A stretch of DNA of 64,000 nucleotides, taken from contig CM120642.1 in NCBI GenBank assembly GCA_051362555.1, forward strand, positions 32,798,001 to 32,862,000. The letters run 5' to 3'. The translations under genes were made by a program, and so were the position numbers. The first letter of the stretch is position 1. Each line of letters opens with the position of its first letter. The notes beneath the pieces were generated by a model. That model did no database searches. It was not told where the DNA came from and saw nothing but the letters and a program-made list of their open reading frames with translations. Below, piece by piece: positions 49,623-64,000 of the stretch. The stretch is from Lingula anatina. Taxonomy: Eukaryota > Animalia > Brachiopoda.

Positions 49623-51680
49623 TTTTTTGAACAGCTGAAAATTCAGATTCCCAGTTCCTATGCTCTCCCGTGCCCCACCTTGTACGAGAAAGATAATCTA
49701 TAAAACCTTCTGTCCTTTGTCGAGCACCGACTACTTGAGAAAATACCCCCGTATCAAAAACCTTTAAAGCGCATGAGACAACTTTTCCCTTTTAGTGTTA
49801 AAGCTGTTTAGGATAGAATAGAGAGAACAATAACCCGTCACGCAGTATTTCAGCTTAAATATCGAGTAATAGCCCGGGCTATTGACTCGCATTCAAAGAG
49901 GTGATCAATGTTAATAATAGTTATGAATAATTAAGGAGTTAACTTAGAGTGACATCTAACCTCTCTTACCTAAGATCAATGGTTTTGACTGTCTTCTATC
50001 GATTACGATATCAAGTGTACAAAACCCGACGCGGAATGTACACATCGACGAGGAGTTTGAAGTCCACTAAGCTCCAAGCAATTCTGCGAATTTTGCACTG
50101 AGATAAAGAGAAAGAGAGAGATAATCTCAATTGTTAACTGACTTCGATATTCTAGAAGTGATATCTTTTTCAGATCCACGACTCTCCAGCGTAGGCCGGT
50201 GCGTGTAAAGAATCACCGCGGCGAGAGCCATTGTTAACAACTGTTCAGTTTTTGTTTCAAGAGTATAAAAGGTTTGAAGTGGAGGGAATGAAATCTTTGC
50301 TGTTTGGAATGCTAACGAATCAAATATTCATCACAGTTCAATTGCAAGCACAGCTTACAGACAATAAACGCGTAGACCTTAAAAAAAATGTCGAAATAGA
50401 CAAATTTGCCAGTAAGCGACCTATCTATATTTAATTAATTCTTAACACCGAAAAGGGCATGTTTTTAACAAGCCTGTGAAGTACTTCAATAATACTACTT
50501 GCATCAATAAAGAAGTAAAACTTGTTTCAAAAGAGTACAGACGTACCTTTGAAATGAAGATGAAACGGTTAAAAATGACGTTCACTTCATATAACAGGTT
50601 CACAGAACTGTTTTGGTTTGAGAAGTGCGATCGAGTCACTTGAAAGTTTGAGACAGAGTTAAAACTTAAACCGACATAACCCGAGGGAGCGCAGATAATC
50701 GATTTTCATCAAATTCATTACAATATTCAATGCTATAAATCAATCTTTTAACAGGTAAACGATTACAAATATCTCATTGGAAAGTTAGTTTAGTTCTACC
50801 AGCTGCTAACTGGCAAAATCTGTAATAAAAAATAATTTTATAAAAAAAATCCTCAGCCGACGCAAACAGATATATTTATGCAACACCAGAAGTACTAAAC
50901 ATCTGGACTGGGTCGACCAAACATTGATATAAAAAGGAGACAAATATTTCCTTGTCCAAGCCAGTTAAATATGACATCAAAATGTATGAAGGTTTGACTT
51001 TTTGTTTGACGTTTCAAACGCATGCTTCGAGGGACCTCTTGGAACCTTGCACGACCCCAGCCCTCAATGATGGCTGTCACGGTTTCAGCATGATAAATGC
51101 TTCTTCTTATTACCAATGACGGATTTATGGAAGATGTAAGAGCTATTGAGCTCCCTTGTTGACGGATTTGGGTCCCCGTGTCTTGAAAAAATGTCGGGGT
51201 AAAAGCGCAGGCCGAGCTATCAGTGGGTTTCCAGTAAGGTAGAGTCAAGTTACTGCCAAATACATTCTTTATCAGGCTTTGGAAAACGAGACGTTTGGAA
51301 GAGGTTTTCAGTCCTTAGTCTAAATGTTGGCTAAATAGTTCTTAATCTGAAATTTTTTAATCTCCATTTGTCATCAAATTTATTGAATGATTTACGCCTT
51401 GTGTGACACAAATTTATTGACCTTAATTTGAGAAAAAAAATGGTGGTTCAACAGTTGAGATATCAAATAGTTCAATAAAACGTTTTTTTACAAGTAACTT
51501 ATTGATTTTTAAATAGATGATAGGTGATTTAAATAACATAATATTCCTCCGTCACAGAGCGTTATCGAAATTTCTATCGGTTGTTGTTTTCCCCTAGCCG
51601 TCACTTCGTATTCTAGATAATGCCACATACGCAGAGACGAAATACGAAAAGAACGTAAAAAAAATACCTTTAACTACCCT

Positions 51681-51725
<45 letters not shown>

Positions 51726-53675
51726 CGAATATACAGAGCACTTTATAACCATGTTCACAAAACCTTTTCCATTATTTTCTCTGTTGCCGCATCGTTGCGT
51801 CAGAGTCGTCAACTTAAATCAGTTCCGACGCTTTCCAAATATAAAGTAACCGAACCGTTGGTGGAGGGTGAAAAAATAGAAGTAGTAGAAGTCTGGAAAG
51901 TTTAAAAGCAGAGGAACTATGGAACCTTGTGGAATGATAATCAGAATTCGCTTACCAAAATTGATTTTGTTCCTTGAATCGAGTAGCAGTGGCAATCACC
52001 ATTTAGCAGTCGATTATGAAGCAATTTCTTGCCAATAGAACTTACACCCATCCATTTACACACTTTCACTTATCTCGGAACCAATGTAATGGACGTGTTT
52101 TCGACATAGCCCTATCGATAGATAATTGGATTTTTTAGTATTATTTTTCTCTGCGTATATTGTGTTACTATCTATTGTATCTTCATTTGTGCGCCATTGG
52201 GGTTCCTAGAGGAAATGTAGGGTGTTTGGAAAGTTTATTAATAACTTCTCGATCTTTATTTTTGTTCAGAGTCAACCTTAGTCTTTTTTCTATCGCATAT
52301 GTTTGTATGAAAACACATTCCCGGACGAATTCTTAAATTTCCCTTCGATCCAAATGATGCATATTGTCATAGCTTTCCCCTCTTTTACAGCCGATAGGTG
52401 TTTGAATGTCTAAAAAAGTTTTCTCAGATTATATGTTAATGAAACACAAATCGTGTTTTACCTACATCAGAAAAAAACGGTACTTTGTGTTTATTCTTTA
52501 AACTCGATTTGAGCAGCACATGGTTAGGAGCCAAGATGTGTATGCTGCCCCAGCTTTGTTTTTTTCTTTTTTCTTTTTTTTTCTTTCTTTTTTATATTCT
52601 AGAGGTCAAACCACGGGTAGTTATTTTTCAAATAACACACGACGACCGTAGCCCACACTTTCTATTTGTACCAATGTTTTGCGTAAAAGTCATGCTTCCA
52701 AGGTGAAAATTGTTGTTTGAAGGAAGTAACTGTAGTTCGTCTCTTGATTAAATGTTTAGTTAGACAAGTACAGGCCTTAGTCAAAGAAACAGCTTAGCTT
52801 ACAAATAGCATTCATTCAGACGACAAAACCGTCCCGCTCACAGAAAAAAAAAGATTTTAAAACAATCGTTTCAAGCACACACTCCCCCCCCTCCTCTTGT
52901 TTTTTCCCCTCAGTGAGTTTGAGCTTTCAGCTAAATGTAGCTTACGTGTTAAAATACCAATACGCGACGAAGAGGAAGCGCAACCCGGTGTTGAGATCAA
53001 ATTGTAGTTTGTAAAATGCTCCTCGGGTGGAGCCCTACGGATTTATAAACTTTTCAAACTGTGAGAAAAGAGATAATATTGCCGGAAACGGCCGACCTAA
53101 GGAGAAGCCCTTTACACCGCGAAGTTGCTATTTCAAGACGAACCCAAGAGGAGGCAATGCTTTCTGCTCATCGCCGCCGGGGCTACATAAAACTAAAAGC
53201 GTCAAGACATAAAACTTACACGACTATAGAAGGGTATTTCATCTCTTAATCCGGTCAGCCAACTAACCGGCTTAAGGCCGTATTAACTTACACCTGTCAA
53301 TCAGGCTATATTAGGCGAGGGGGATTGTCTCAAGGTTTTGACTCAAGTATTCAAAACTATTTGATGGCCTAATAAAGTTTGTGGTCGAGATCATTCTATC
53401 TGACACCGGTCGAATGCAGTTATAGTAAAAAAAGTCTCTATTCTCATGTTTTTTCTTCTTTTTTTCTAAATTACAATTGTGCGTTTCTATTTGTAAATTC
53501 TTTCTGCAAAACAGTTTCTAAACTGGTAAGATTAGGGGGAGGTACATGGTTGAGAAAATTACCTCTTTAACTTGTAGAGAAATCTGGTGTTGTCGTCAGT
53601 CAGCCATTATTTTCACCCCTCCCACCTTTTATTATGTAAGTTTATTGACAAACAAACAAACACGTCTGTTTGATC

Positions 53676-53719
<44 letters not shown>

Positions 53720-55237
53720 AGTACACAATTCTGCAATGTCGATTGCTTTTAAAATAATGATAATTTCAAGAGATCTTTACATGAATCACTCACACAAATG
53801 CCATGCTATATCAATCTACCGCACCCGCCTTTTCACAAAGGGAACGTCTCTTCTCATTTCTCAAAAACTTTTTTCTCGTTTTACAACGTTATTAAGACAA
53901 CCGTCTTCGTGGTTTATTTTCTACACTAAACGATCTATTCATCAGATAACTCGGCAGTTCCCCCTGTCTTCCGACTCATCACCGGCTAGATTTCGTCTCC
54001 TTCTTTCCACGCCGGCAGCCATTGTAATCACACGTCAAATCGCGTTATTCGCTTGTCGCATGTCCGCTAACTCCTAAATGAAATTATTACGTTGTTCCAG
54101 CTCCAGCTTCCTTCTTAAATCTCACAACATATTATCTGTCAACTATCCACGTTCCGGATCTACGCTTAACTTACAATCAGGGAAGTATATGGATTTGAAA
54201 GGACAGAAATTGCACATCCTAAGGCAGGCCCTCTTAACCGTTATTAATGATTAAGGGGAGCTTTTCCAATAAAACGGTTCGGTTAAAAGACAGTCTCACA
54301 GCGGATATCTGAGTATTCAACATGGGAAATGACATTAATCCTTGAGTTTACTGTCGCGTATTGAAGGTAACATGCATGTATTTCCCCCCTTCTCGTGTTG
54401 CCCTGTGGCAATCCCTCCAGCCGGGCGAAAGTAATTCGCATTCGTATATCATTTTTTCTTCAGCTGCAACTACCTCCTAATTTGATAAAATATTTTTGTT
54501 TATTTTCATCGCTTCAAACAGTAGTATAATATTGCGATATGAAGCAGATCATCTTATAATTTAACGCCGCTCGTTCTTTCTTGCATTTTGAGTGTCAAGA
54601 TACACGTTAGACACGTTAGAATAAAAAATATAGCATGAGATATACCCGTGTATGTTATTAAATCAGCGGAAAACTTCCACTTAAGGACACTTGGACACAA
54701 GAGTGGGTGACAAAACAAACAGGAAAAAACACCATAACTCCATAAACCAGCGACAGTGAACGATACCTTATTCCACACACGACACACACACACACGACGC
54801 AGATAAAAAAGTAAATAGCAAACAAACAAACAAACAAAACACGGCCACTTACCCAAAGACGGGCACGAGTCCGGATCAGGCGCTGGACTTTTTCGCTTCC
54901 TGGGCCTTCCTTTTTGTGTCGCTCCAACCCCGTTGTAATAGGGTAACTGGGCCGTCAGACCCGGCATGGTGGGGGAGAGAGCCGGCAAATAGTCCCCCTG
55001 TAGCATCAGCTCATAATGTGTCCGACAGTATATCATAGTATCTTTCATTCCGAACTGATCCCCGGGGGTTAACCCCCTGTTACAAGTCACACACGTGAAA
55101 CATGTGAGGTGGTAGACCAAGTCTCTTGCTCGCATTACGAGTTCGTTCGGTGATATTACAAGATGGCATCTTGCACAGCGCTTTATTCCAAATCGTCTGC
55201 AAAATAAGACAGTAAATCAATGAATGAATGGATGGAT

Positions 55238-55268
<31 letters not shown>

Positions 55269-58200
55269 AAAGAAAGAAAGGAATAAATAGGGAGAACCAA
55301 AAATAAAAAAATCCATAAATGAAAAAGTGAAATAAAAGAATAAACAAAAAATATTTGTAAATGTCCAAAACTCACAAAGTTTTGCTCTGAGATATGAAAT
55401 AATTTCAAAATAAATGATATACTTAACAAAAAAAAAAAAAAAAGAGAAAAAAAAAAAAATTCAGAGAATAGAAAAAGTATAGGAGATAGATGACAGATCG
55501 ATTAATAAACTTTTACGGGGCTTGCCTAACTGACATTATCCAGCGTTCCTTTAATAATTTACGTCATATCATTAAATTTGATAACACTTACATTACTGAT
55601 TTCTCTTGTTTGAGAAGTGTAATTAAGTTATCAATATATGTACATGTATATATACAATTATTTAAGAACCCGCACCCCCACTTGCAGAAAAGGTGTCAAA
55701 ACAACACACAAGGACTAAAATAAGCCCCCCTTTTCTTGAATTGTTCGAGGTTCCGTGACAACATTTTGAGGTCTCGATGTCTTGCCGAGACGAGAGGACT
55801 GTTCCCACAATCCTGTTTCTTGGCGTGGAAAATTCTTACAAATGTTTTTCAATACTCGCACAAAGAGGATTCCAGCTTCGCTTAATCCGGTTTGTAACAG
55901 CGATGTAATAACACCACGACGGCTTCGCCCCATCTTTTTACTGGGTAAACCGCTTGAAGCTAACAAAACGGAGAGCGGCGTCTTGGTTCACGTGAGAAGA
56001 TATTTTTTCTCGTCTCTCAAAATAAAATGAGAAAAAAAGTTACGAACACGAAAGTTACAAAGGCAGGTCATCGTGACAGGAATGACATGGCTTTCAAAGA
56101 ATATTCAGTCACCAATATTCTAACCTTTCCATTATATATAATGTAATTCAGCTCATCGTTAATACGGGCACCATCGATTTAATTCTTAATGTAACTGTTA
56201 GATTTGTTCACCGCTGGGATCGAATGGACGCGTTACGTTCTCTTACTGTGTACAATACGCGGTTCAAGAGGTCAGAACCAAGTATTCGTTGTTTTGGCGG
56301 GAAACAAGATTTCTGGCAGCATTGTATCTAAATTCACTGAGGTGTCAAACGGACTCGCAGTTGAAAGAGGGAGCTCATTAATAATTAATTTCGTCGCGCT
56401 TTTGGCGTATTTTGACTGCGAATACTTATGATGCGCCCCTACAACCACTATTATTCTTCCAAATCGCAATCAATGGCTCTTTTTCGATGCGCTAAAATGA
56501 AATCAATGATTTTGATTAACTTAAAGAAAGAGCCACTCAATGTATGGATTCAACCAAGTCCGGCAACCTCACGACTGAATGCCCCGCAGTCCACAAAAAG
56601 GCGCTTCCTTGCACTGCACTGATGGAATGCAAATACAACCCTTTAGTGGATACTATATTCATCCATAATTTCTCTCTTTAAATATACTAAATATCCCATA
56701 ATATTCATCTAATAGTTTCTTTTGTAAGTGCATAAAGTGTAGCACGCTGGAGCGGAAAATTCCTCGCGATTTTGTTGTCAGAAAATGCGACAAAAGTTTT
56801 ACATTAAATGCCGTGTTTGCTATCGTCCTGACCTCTCTTCCAGTAAACTGTGCGGCGTAAGTGACCAGAAAATGAGTTATACTTAAGAAAACAAACAAAG
56901 AAGAAGAGTAACCAAATTTTACACGGCTCGAATCAAGCAGAAAAATAGAGCGTTTATTTTCCTAAATGCATTAATCCCGGCTCCGACAAAGCTGACCTTC
57001 TATTTTCATACCACATTCAATTATTATCAGAAAACATTGCGAAATTGCCGGTAAAACAGGCATTGTCATACTATTTTCGATACCGCGTAGAAAAATAAAC
57101 GTCCTGCCTGCACCTGTATTCTTGTAAGAAAAGTCTTTCAGGGTATCATTCAAGTTTTCATATCAAATACTCTGTGGTCTCAACAGTTTGAAATCTATTT
57201 CAATCATCTTTATTTGTATCGGCTTACAAAAAATTTATTTCGACTATGTCATTAGATGTGAGGGCGAGTTCTTGCCTTATAAGTGCATGTATGCTTTTTC
57301 CTTACCGGCGTAGCGTTGAGGAGAGAAGAATTGGTTTCTTTCCTCCTTGTCAACATGATCCAGTGAAATTCCACGGAAGAGAACGATTTGTTTATCCTTA
57401 TATTGTTTATAGAGGGGGAATAATGTTGGTGTTTAGGAACGCGTCGTTACACTACGTATAAGAATAGCATAAAAGAGAAACCGTCACGTGAAACAAGTTT
57501 ACATTGGAAACTGTCACCATTAGTAACGAAGTTATGTCATAACAGAGCAGACCTAACTGAGAGAAAAATGAAAATATTTCGACAGTCAGAATATCAAATG
57601 TGAATACACGATAAGATCTCATGAAAAATGTATGCCTTTCGCTGATAAAACCAGGGTGTCGGGATAGTAGTAAAAGCTATCCAAACACACACCACTGGCT
57701 ACTATAACCTTCGCATTTCTGTGGTAGAAAACACTACAATTTGCATTTATCAACCACCAATTTCAGGCTTTAATCTGAGCAAATGCAACATCATGTTAGC
57801 ATTTCACTGCACGTTTAGTCCTTCAGAATTTTTTTAAACAGGACCAGTGGCGAATGTATCAACTGAAAAGGAGAACAACTTGCAGTAAATTTCAACACGT
57901 TTCTGAACGATAAGGAGCCGGGGAGTGTGGGTGGGTGGGGGTGGGGGTGGGGGGGGTGGAGGTGAGACCTGGTTTACAGGGAGTATGGGCGTGGTGACAT
58001 GAGCACTGGAGTGGACAGAATGCTACGATAATTCGGAGTTAGCGTTACGAATCATAGAACGGAAAGTCATAGAACTGCTTTCTTAGTCCGTGTGTGTGAG
58101 TGTGTGGTGGGGGATAAGGTGTGTGTGTGTGTGGGGGGGGGGGGATAAGGTGTGTGTGTGGGGGGGGGGGATAAGGTGTGTGTGTGTGTGGGGGGGGGGA

Positions 58201-59451
58201 TAAGGTGTGTGTGTGTGTGTGTGTGTGTGGTGGGGGGGATAAGGTGGGCGTGTGTGTGTGTGGTGGGGGATAAGGTGGGCGTGTGTGTGTGTGTGGTGGG
58301 GGATAAGGTGTGTGTGTGTGTGTGTGGTGGGGGGGATAAGGTGTGTGTGTGTGTGTGTGTGTGGTGGGGGATAAGGTGGGCGTGTGTGTGTGTGTGTGGT
58401 GGGGGATAAGGTGGGCGTGTGTGTGTGTGTGTGTGTGGTGGGGGATAAGGTGTGCGTGTGTGTGTGGGGGGGGGGGGGGTGTGTACCTAACTTGAGGATT
58501 AAGAAACTGACGGTTGAAATGCGTAATCGTGCAAGTCATTAAACTGCAAAAATGATCTTGTGTATATCTTCGAAATTAACATCGATAATACCACGGCTTG
58601 ATTTTTTTTTTATAAAATTAAATTATTTGGGTTTCTTGCATTTTATACAATAGGGCTATCGCACACTTTCGTTAAGATTCCATGATTCTAATACAGAAGC
58701 TCAAAGTTTTAGGATTCCATATAAAAAAAGACACTTGCTTTCTGGTAGTCGTAACATCTCCATGTGGTGCAGTACAAAGATTGACGGTTGTTTCGCAATG
58801 TTTAGAAAACTCTGCAAATCGAGAAAACTTAAATGGACGTCGTACGTCACACAAGTAAACTACAGCTACTTTAGTGTGCATAAAGCTCTCAACAACTCCT
58901 TGAAAGTGATAGATTGATTTCTGAAAGGATTCGCAAACTTCACACACCTGGGTGTTCAGAAATAGCAAATATTTTTTTAGAAAACGGTGGAGCGCTTCGG
59001 AGAGGATTTCAAGTATCCGTTTTCCTCATCGAGTTGTGTTCCACCTGACTTATGAATTGTAGCAGAGACCACAACAGATCGTAAAGTGAATTTTTTAAAG
59101 AGAACGACTTGGTATGTGGAGGAATAGCTGAGCATTTATCCTAAGTGAGAGATCAAAGATAACCAATAGTTTAGGAAATTACGCGTAATGGACACTTGAC
59201 AAAATGTTGACTTCAAAAGATTTCTGAGAGGCGCTTAAATCCTGTGTGCCGCGGTAGTACAACAAGCGGTATGATTTTTATACCAAAATTTGTGTGGTCT
59301 ACTTGGAACACTTTTTGATACCAGTTTGTAGTTAAACTGAAAAATTTGGACAAACAACTAGATAAAAAGATAAAGTAAGCATAAAGTTATGGTAATAATT
59401 AAAAAAATAAATGAATAAATAAATAGGTAAACTGTCATGCAAGGAGAAAAA

Positions 59452-59506
<55 letters not shown>

Positions 59507-59872
59507 AGCAGTTTAATATATTTTATCAAACTAAAATAACCTAAAATCTTATCCATTATTATGATGGAGGTGAGAGAAAGAGGAAAAGTCAGGAAAATGG
59601 TAGGCAGAGCATATGCCCAAGAAGTATCTATTTAATTTCTTGTTGTTTTCTCGTAATCAGCGCTACCTGTAATAGTCCTCTTTGCAATAAATACTGCCGT
59701 CTTTAGCGAAGCAGGTCAGCTCCGAGTCCAGCCGAAGTTGACAGTCGCTGCACGTTAAACAATGCACGTGCCACTGTCTATCTGCCACCAACAGGTAATA
59801 TCTGTCCACGATCCTTCCGCCACATCCGGCGCACGACCCCGGCTCTGCTTCCGCGTTGATGACTGGCATCAC
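37726..59872 (-). CDS. Lhx2/9: LIM-homeobox transcription factor Lhx2/9 (apterous), four coding exons; upstream exon not identified
   Basis: Exons 59872-59667 (LIM1 CAGCGGRIVDRYYLL..CKEDYYR), 55196-54853 (LIM2 and QKGRPRKRK), 38390-38185 (RQKRMRTSFKHHQLRTMKSYFALNHNPDAKDLKQLAQKTGLSKRVLQ), 38025-37726 (VWFQNARAKYRR..TAG). Phases 2/1/0 match with GT-AG sites; the homeodomain is diagnostic of Lhx2/9. Confidence 0.96.
47657..47741. repeat. (AAT)n directly abutting (ATT)n: palindromic microsatellite
   Basis: Read directly from the sequence. Confidence 0.9.
49210..49223. promoter_or_regulatory. Consensus RFX X-box in the large Lhx2/9 intron
   Basis: GTTGCCATGGAAAC matches GTYNCY-AT-RGNAAC; function untested. 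Confidence 0.4.
51683..51722. repeat. (GA)n microsatellite
   Basis: Read directly from the sequence. Confidence 0.9.
53678..53716. repeat. (CT)n microsatellite
   Basis: Read directly from the sequence. Confidence 0.9.
58090..58485. repeat. Compound G-rich minisatellite [G(n) ATAAGG (TG)n] x11
   Basis: 11 GATAAGG cores separated by variable (TG)n and G runs. Confidence 0.9.
59448..59507. repeat. (AAAT)n microsatellite
   Basis: Read directly from the sequence. Confidence 0.9.
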
Positions 59873-62800
59873 CTGAAATAATTAAGAAAGAGAAAAAAAT
59901 ATTCAGGTGCGCTGATTGTTTTCTTCGGGGCGTTAATTAGTGCTAATAAGAATTGTAAAATTTGCAACGTGAAATGATGCGAGTCTTGGTGCTTCATGGG
60001 ATTGTTTGCACCCAGTGACCCTCTATTCAGGATTAGAGAGTTAAGGTAGAAGGATATGACAGCTGAAGGATCTGAAGAGAATAAACTGAATAGATTAAAA
60101 TTCTGTTTATCAAAAAAAGCAAATATACATATATATCACGAGAGAAAAATCAACATTTTGATATCGCCTGTTGAAAAGCGCACTGAACAGAAGATGAACA
60201 TGTACAAACCACGCCAACCAAAAATAAACAGTGATGAACGATAAAATATATTTACACTTCTATTAATTTTGCTTTATGTCTCAAAGTATATTATCTATGT
60301 CATTATGGAAAGAAAAATGAAAAAAAAGGAAAGGAAAAGGCGATGACTAGAGAAGCAAAAATAAAAAAAAGCTTAAAGATAAAGATGATATCCTTCGTGA
60401 ATAATTGAAATTTCTGTAAGTAAGAATGCTCAGCGAGAATTGCAGAACATTAAATATTATCAGTTTATTAACTGTTCCTCGTTCCCACGCGTCTAATCGA
60501 TTTCGACCTTTAAGCGATTTCTTCTTACAGTAAAGCAATAATCTATAATCCAAGTATAGCATGCAATGAGGGTTACTCCGCCTATAATACACGAACAGCG
60601 GGTACCGCGAGGTGAGAACTCCCCACAGGAAGCGGGAGCTGAACGACTTCTTCAAACTGATGCGCTATTGTTGGTACATAACGCTCCACAGTGGCAAGAA
60701 CAACTTATAGAAGGGGTGGCTCGGTGCGACCGCAGCGTTCTTGGCGTATTCTTAGTTCAGATTACGTAACAAGACAATCTGTTCTAACGCGCACGTGCGC
60801 TCGAGAGCTCAACAAGATCGCGACGGAAATAAAACCGCGCGGATTGGGAGGAAGAAGTGAACTGGGAAATAACACCTTAGGAGACTGAGAGAGACTTCAT
60901 GTGAAATATTTGTTGTTAAGTTGGTCCAGGATCAAATCATGACAGCTACCGTTAATACTATTGACGTAAAATGATTAAGTTGCATATAAATGTACAGATT
61001 TGAGACATTAATACACGGAATGTGTTTCCAAGTATTAGTCAATCGAGCTTTTAAACTGAAAATATTATTTCCTATTTATCAAATGCATGTTTTCAATTTT
61101 TGTTTGCTTCTTTGTTCTACTTGTCGTTCTCTTTATTGAACACCACCTCTTTCTAGATTTTTCCTACACGTAACAGTTGCTTTTTATTCTGGAAATAAAT
61201 ATGAGGGTTACTCCATGAGATCCAGCTTGCTTGGAAACAAATGCAATTTTTGTTTATACTCAGTTTCTTCTTAATTACGTTTGCGCCAATACATTTGGCG
61301 TGTTAACATTAAGATACTGCTTTTTAACGTATGTTTTGATATCGGGGCCTTTAGCAAACATAGAAGAATTAAATACAAGTACACTGTATACAAAATATCT
61401 GGGACTGGTACTGAAATACGTTTGCACAGAGGAGAAAAAAAAGTCGGAAAAATTAGCTTTCAGAAAAGATAAATGCTTCAACTGTTGACTTTATATCAGG
61501 CAGGTAAAACAATTTAATAAAATGATTAAAAAAAATAAAGTTAACACAAAAAGAAAATAAACAAATAGAGAATGACAGAAAATTGAGGTTCATCAGCGCA
61601 GTTTTATTATGTGCGAAGACTTATTTTTGTTTAAGTGCCCATTAGTTTAAACACATTTCCTTTACCCAGTAGTAAAACTTATTATATAAAAACGAAACTT
61701 CGAGATGTCATGCTTAAATTTCTCATTCCATTTCATGAGGGCCGTCTACGCAGTTGTCGCATTTCTTCCCGCGTCTTTTGAGTGATAAAGTCCATATTCC
61801 GTAAAACGAGTTAAATGAAGTAGATCGATTTAAACATACTTGTTCAACTATTTGTGCAATTTTAAACCCATACGTGTAATTTACATATGTTAACTAATTG
61901 CTTCGTTAAGCATTCAAACAGATAATTCTAATTACAACATTGACTAATTACGACATAATTGTTTTCTTCTGTACGATTTCTTCATATGATTATCTGTAAA
62001 AAATATTCCCCAACAAAGGGATGTTTACTGAAGCGTACATCAGATTTGCAGTCGGCGTGTGTGCTGGGGGCTTGTCCTGTCAAGATGCACACGTGCGCGT
62101 TTCCAAAATGTCTGCGGGCACTCTTCCGCTCGCATTATAGATTTCTCAAACACAATATGCGTATCTCCCTCATCTGAAAACACTTTCACTTTGTCAAATC
62201 CGTGTCTGAAAACAAAGGCCGACAATACGCAGAAGAGAAGTATGCGAAAATTCACACCTGAAATATCGAGCACACTGTCCAAGGAAAATATGTTTGGTAC
62301 TTGAGGAGGACTAGAGTATAAACATATTATTGGGGAGAATAAACACCACCAACTGTCTAGAACATCTTCCACCCAGTCTAGCTAGGAAAACGCCCCCACC
62401 TGTGCTTTTAAAGCGTTTATGTAACAACATTTAATCGTGCGCAACTGTTAAATCTATGTTTTAATACTACAGGCTTTTCTTAAAACCCTTCCGATATTCA
62501 CTCTCCATCGCGTAATCGAATTAACGATAAATACAGAGACTGCCGTTATTTCAATTAACAAATACGGCGAGGCAGAAGCTGCTTTGGCTATCCATAGCCC
62601 CTGGCCCTATGTTATATATGTGGGCCCAGATCATGGATAAGAGGTTTGCTAAGTTAGTTGGCTTGAAGAGACCTAATGAAGCAGGACCACTCCAAGACAC
62701 TTTCCACGCAGAAAAAATATTCAAAACATCACATGATTGAAGCGTACAGTTAATGTTCCTATTTGTCTCCATTATTAACTTTCGAGGCGAATAAAAAGAT

Positions 62801-64000
62801 TGCTGCAACACTTCAAACTCCATGGAACCCCCACCAGCAATTAAATCAATGTAGGATATGCATTTTAATTGGCTAGCAATGCATTAAAAGAATCTGTCGC
62901 ATTTAACACCATGAATTTTAAATGTTATGATATGAATATTCATCACCTATTCTGTCATATTTACCGCACAATTCAACACAATATGATAATGACTCATTTG
63001 TTTGCCAAACTCATAGAAAAATAAACATTGGGTCTACAAATTTTTCGGCTTGAAATGTTGGCAACAATGTATTAATTCTAGAATAGTTTGTTTTTTATTC
63101 TTGGCACCAATTTTTCACTGAAGTATGCGGAGAATATCACGGGAGATTGCAAAGACTTTACAGAGTAATTCACTAACATAAAACTAACCCCAGCTAAATA
63201 CCAAGCGCCTTTTACGAGTCTCAGTCGAAAGTGCAGCAGTTAAAAATCGCTAGAATTTGCCATGTTAAAGTGGAAAGTTATTACTCCCATCTCTTTGCGA
63301 TCTTCAGTAACAGCTTTGTCGGGAAAACATGCCACATTTTATTTAACAAGAGCTATCAGAAAAAATACAATATCCGAAAGAATGTACTTTCTGGTCATAA
63401 CATTGACCAACGATCCCACCTTTACAAGACGTTTTCATTTAATAAAGGCGCGTCCAGAGACAACTACTTCCAGCTAGCCCGCAGCATATACCCTGTCAAT
63501 AATATTTGCTTTTATACATACATTTTTTTTCTCGGCTTTATGAAAACTGATCAAGTACTTAAATGTGATATTCATTAAATTTTACCAAATATAGATAACC
63601 AGTAAACCTCTTTATCCAAACAAAAAAGAAAAAGTAATTTGTATAACAATAGATGCACAATACATCACTACAAATCTATGATTCTGTTCAGTTAGATTGC
63701 TCCTAGCGTCGAGTCAATGGTGAATTATTCCAGTATTAACCCATCCATTAATAGAGGAAGAGTTCCCCAGAAATAGTACGAAACAAGTGCCACTCATCAC
63801 CTGCCTTCCCCAACTTTCACCCGTTACTTCGACCTTAAGACCCTAACATAAAGGTCCAGTTCCTCAGAAAGATGGCAACAGAGCTGAAGTTGAAGTGGGC
63901 TGTTAGCGCGAGCAACATGCCCTGTGTTAACGTAATCCGCAGATGCTGCGTCGACTGCTCTATGTCAGCCAATACCGGTTTGTTTACTGACTTGTTTATT

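Noticed and set aside
58045-58539. 164-aa His/Pro/Thr-rich ORF
   Set aside because: It is the translation of the G-rich minisatellite
60347-62823. Minus-strand ORFs (60347-60655, 62040-62372, 62551-62823) as the first exon of Lhx2/9
   Set aside because: No recognisable homology and no convincing phase-0 donor; cDNA is needed. The ATG at 59869 could itself be the start.

Overview
AT-rich animal genomic DNA (probably an invertebrate; spliced genes, microsatellites, many MITEs). Four parts: (1) 229-5258, the last ten coding exons of an SLC22-family organic cation transporter gene (+). (2) About 8300-34320, a tandem triplication of a C2H2 zinc-finger gene (+) with 20, 22 and 17 finger units. The fingers carry Cys instead of the canonical Leu at helix position +4, no effector domain is visible, and each gene trails degenerate fingers. 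(3) 24994-30159, an apparently intact 5.2-kb DNA transposon with 28-bp TIRs and an 800-aa Sola2-like DDD transposase, plus many smaller insertions whose empty sites can be read from the paralogous units. (4) 37726-59872, four coding exons of the LIM-homeobox gene Lhx2/9 (apterous) (-), with a 16.5-kb intron. The most unusual system is the fast-evolving, Cys(+4), effector-less ZNF array sitting in a TE-rich block beside a TE-poor developmental locus. All alignments were made by eye; TE family calls come from remembered motifs and need database confirmation.
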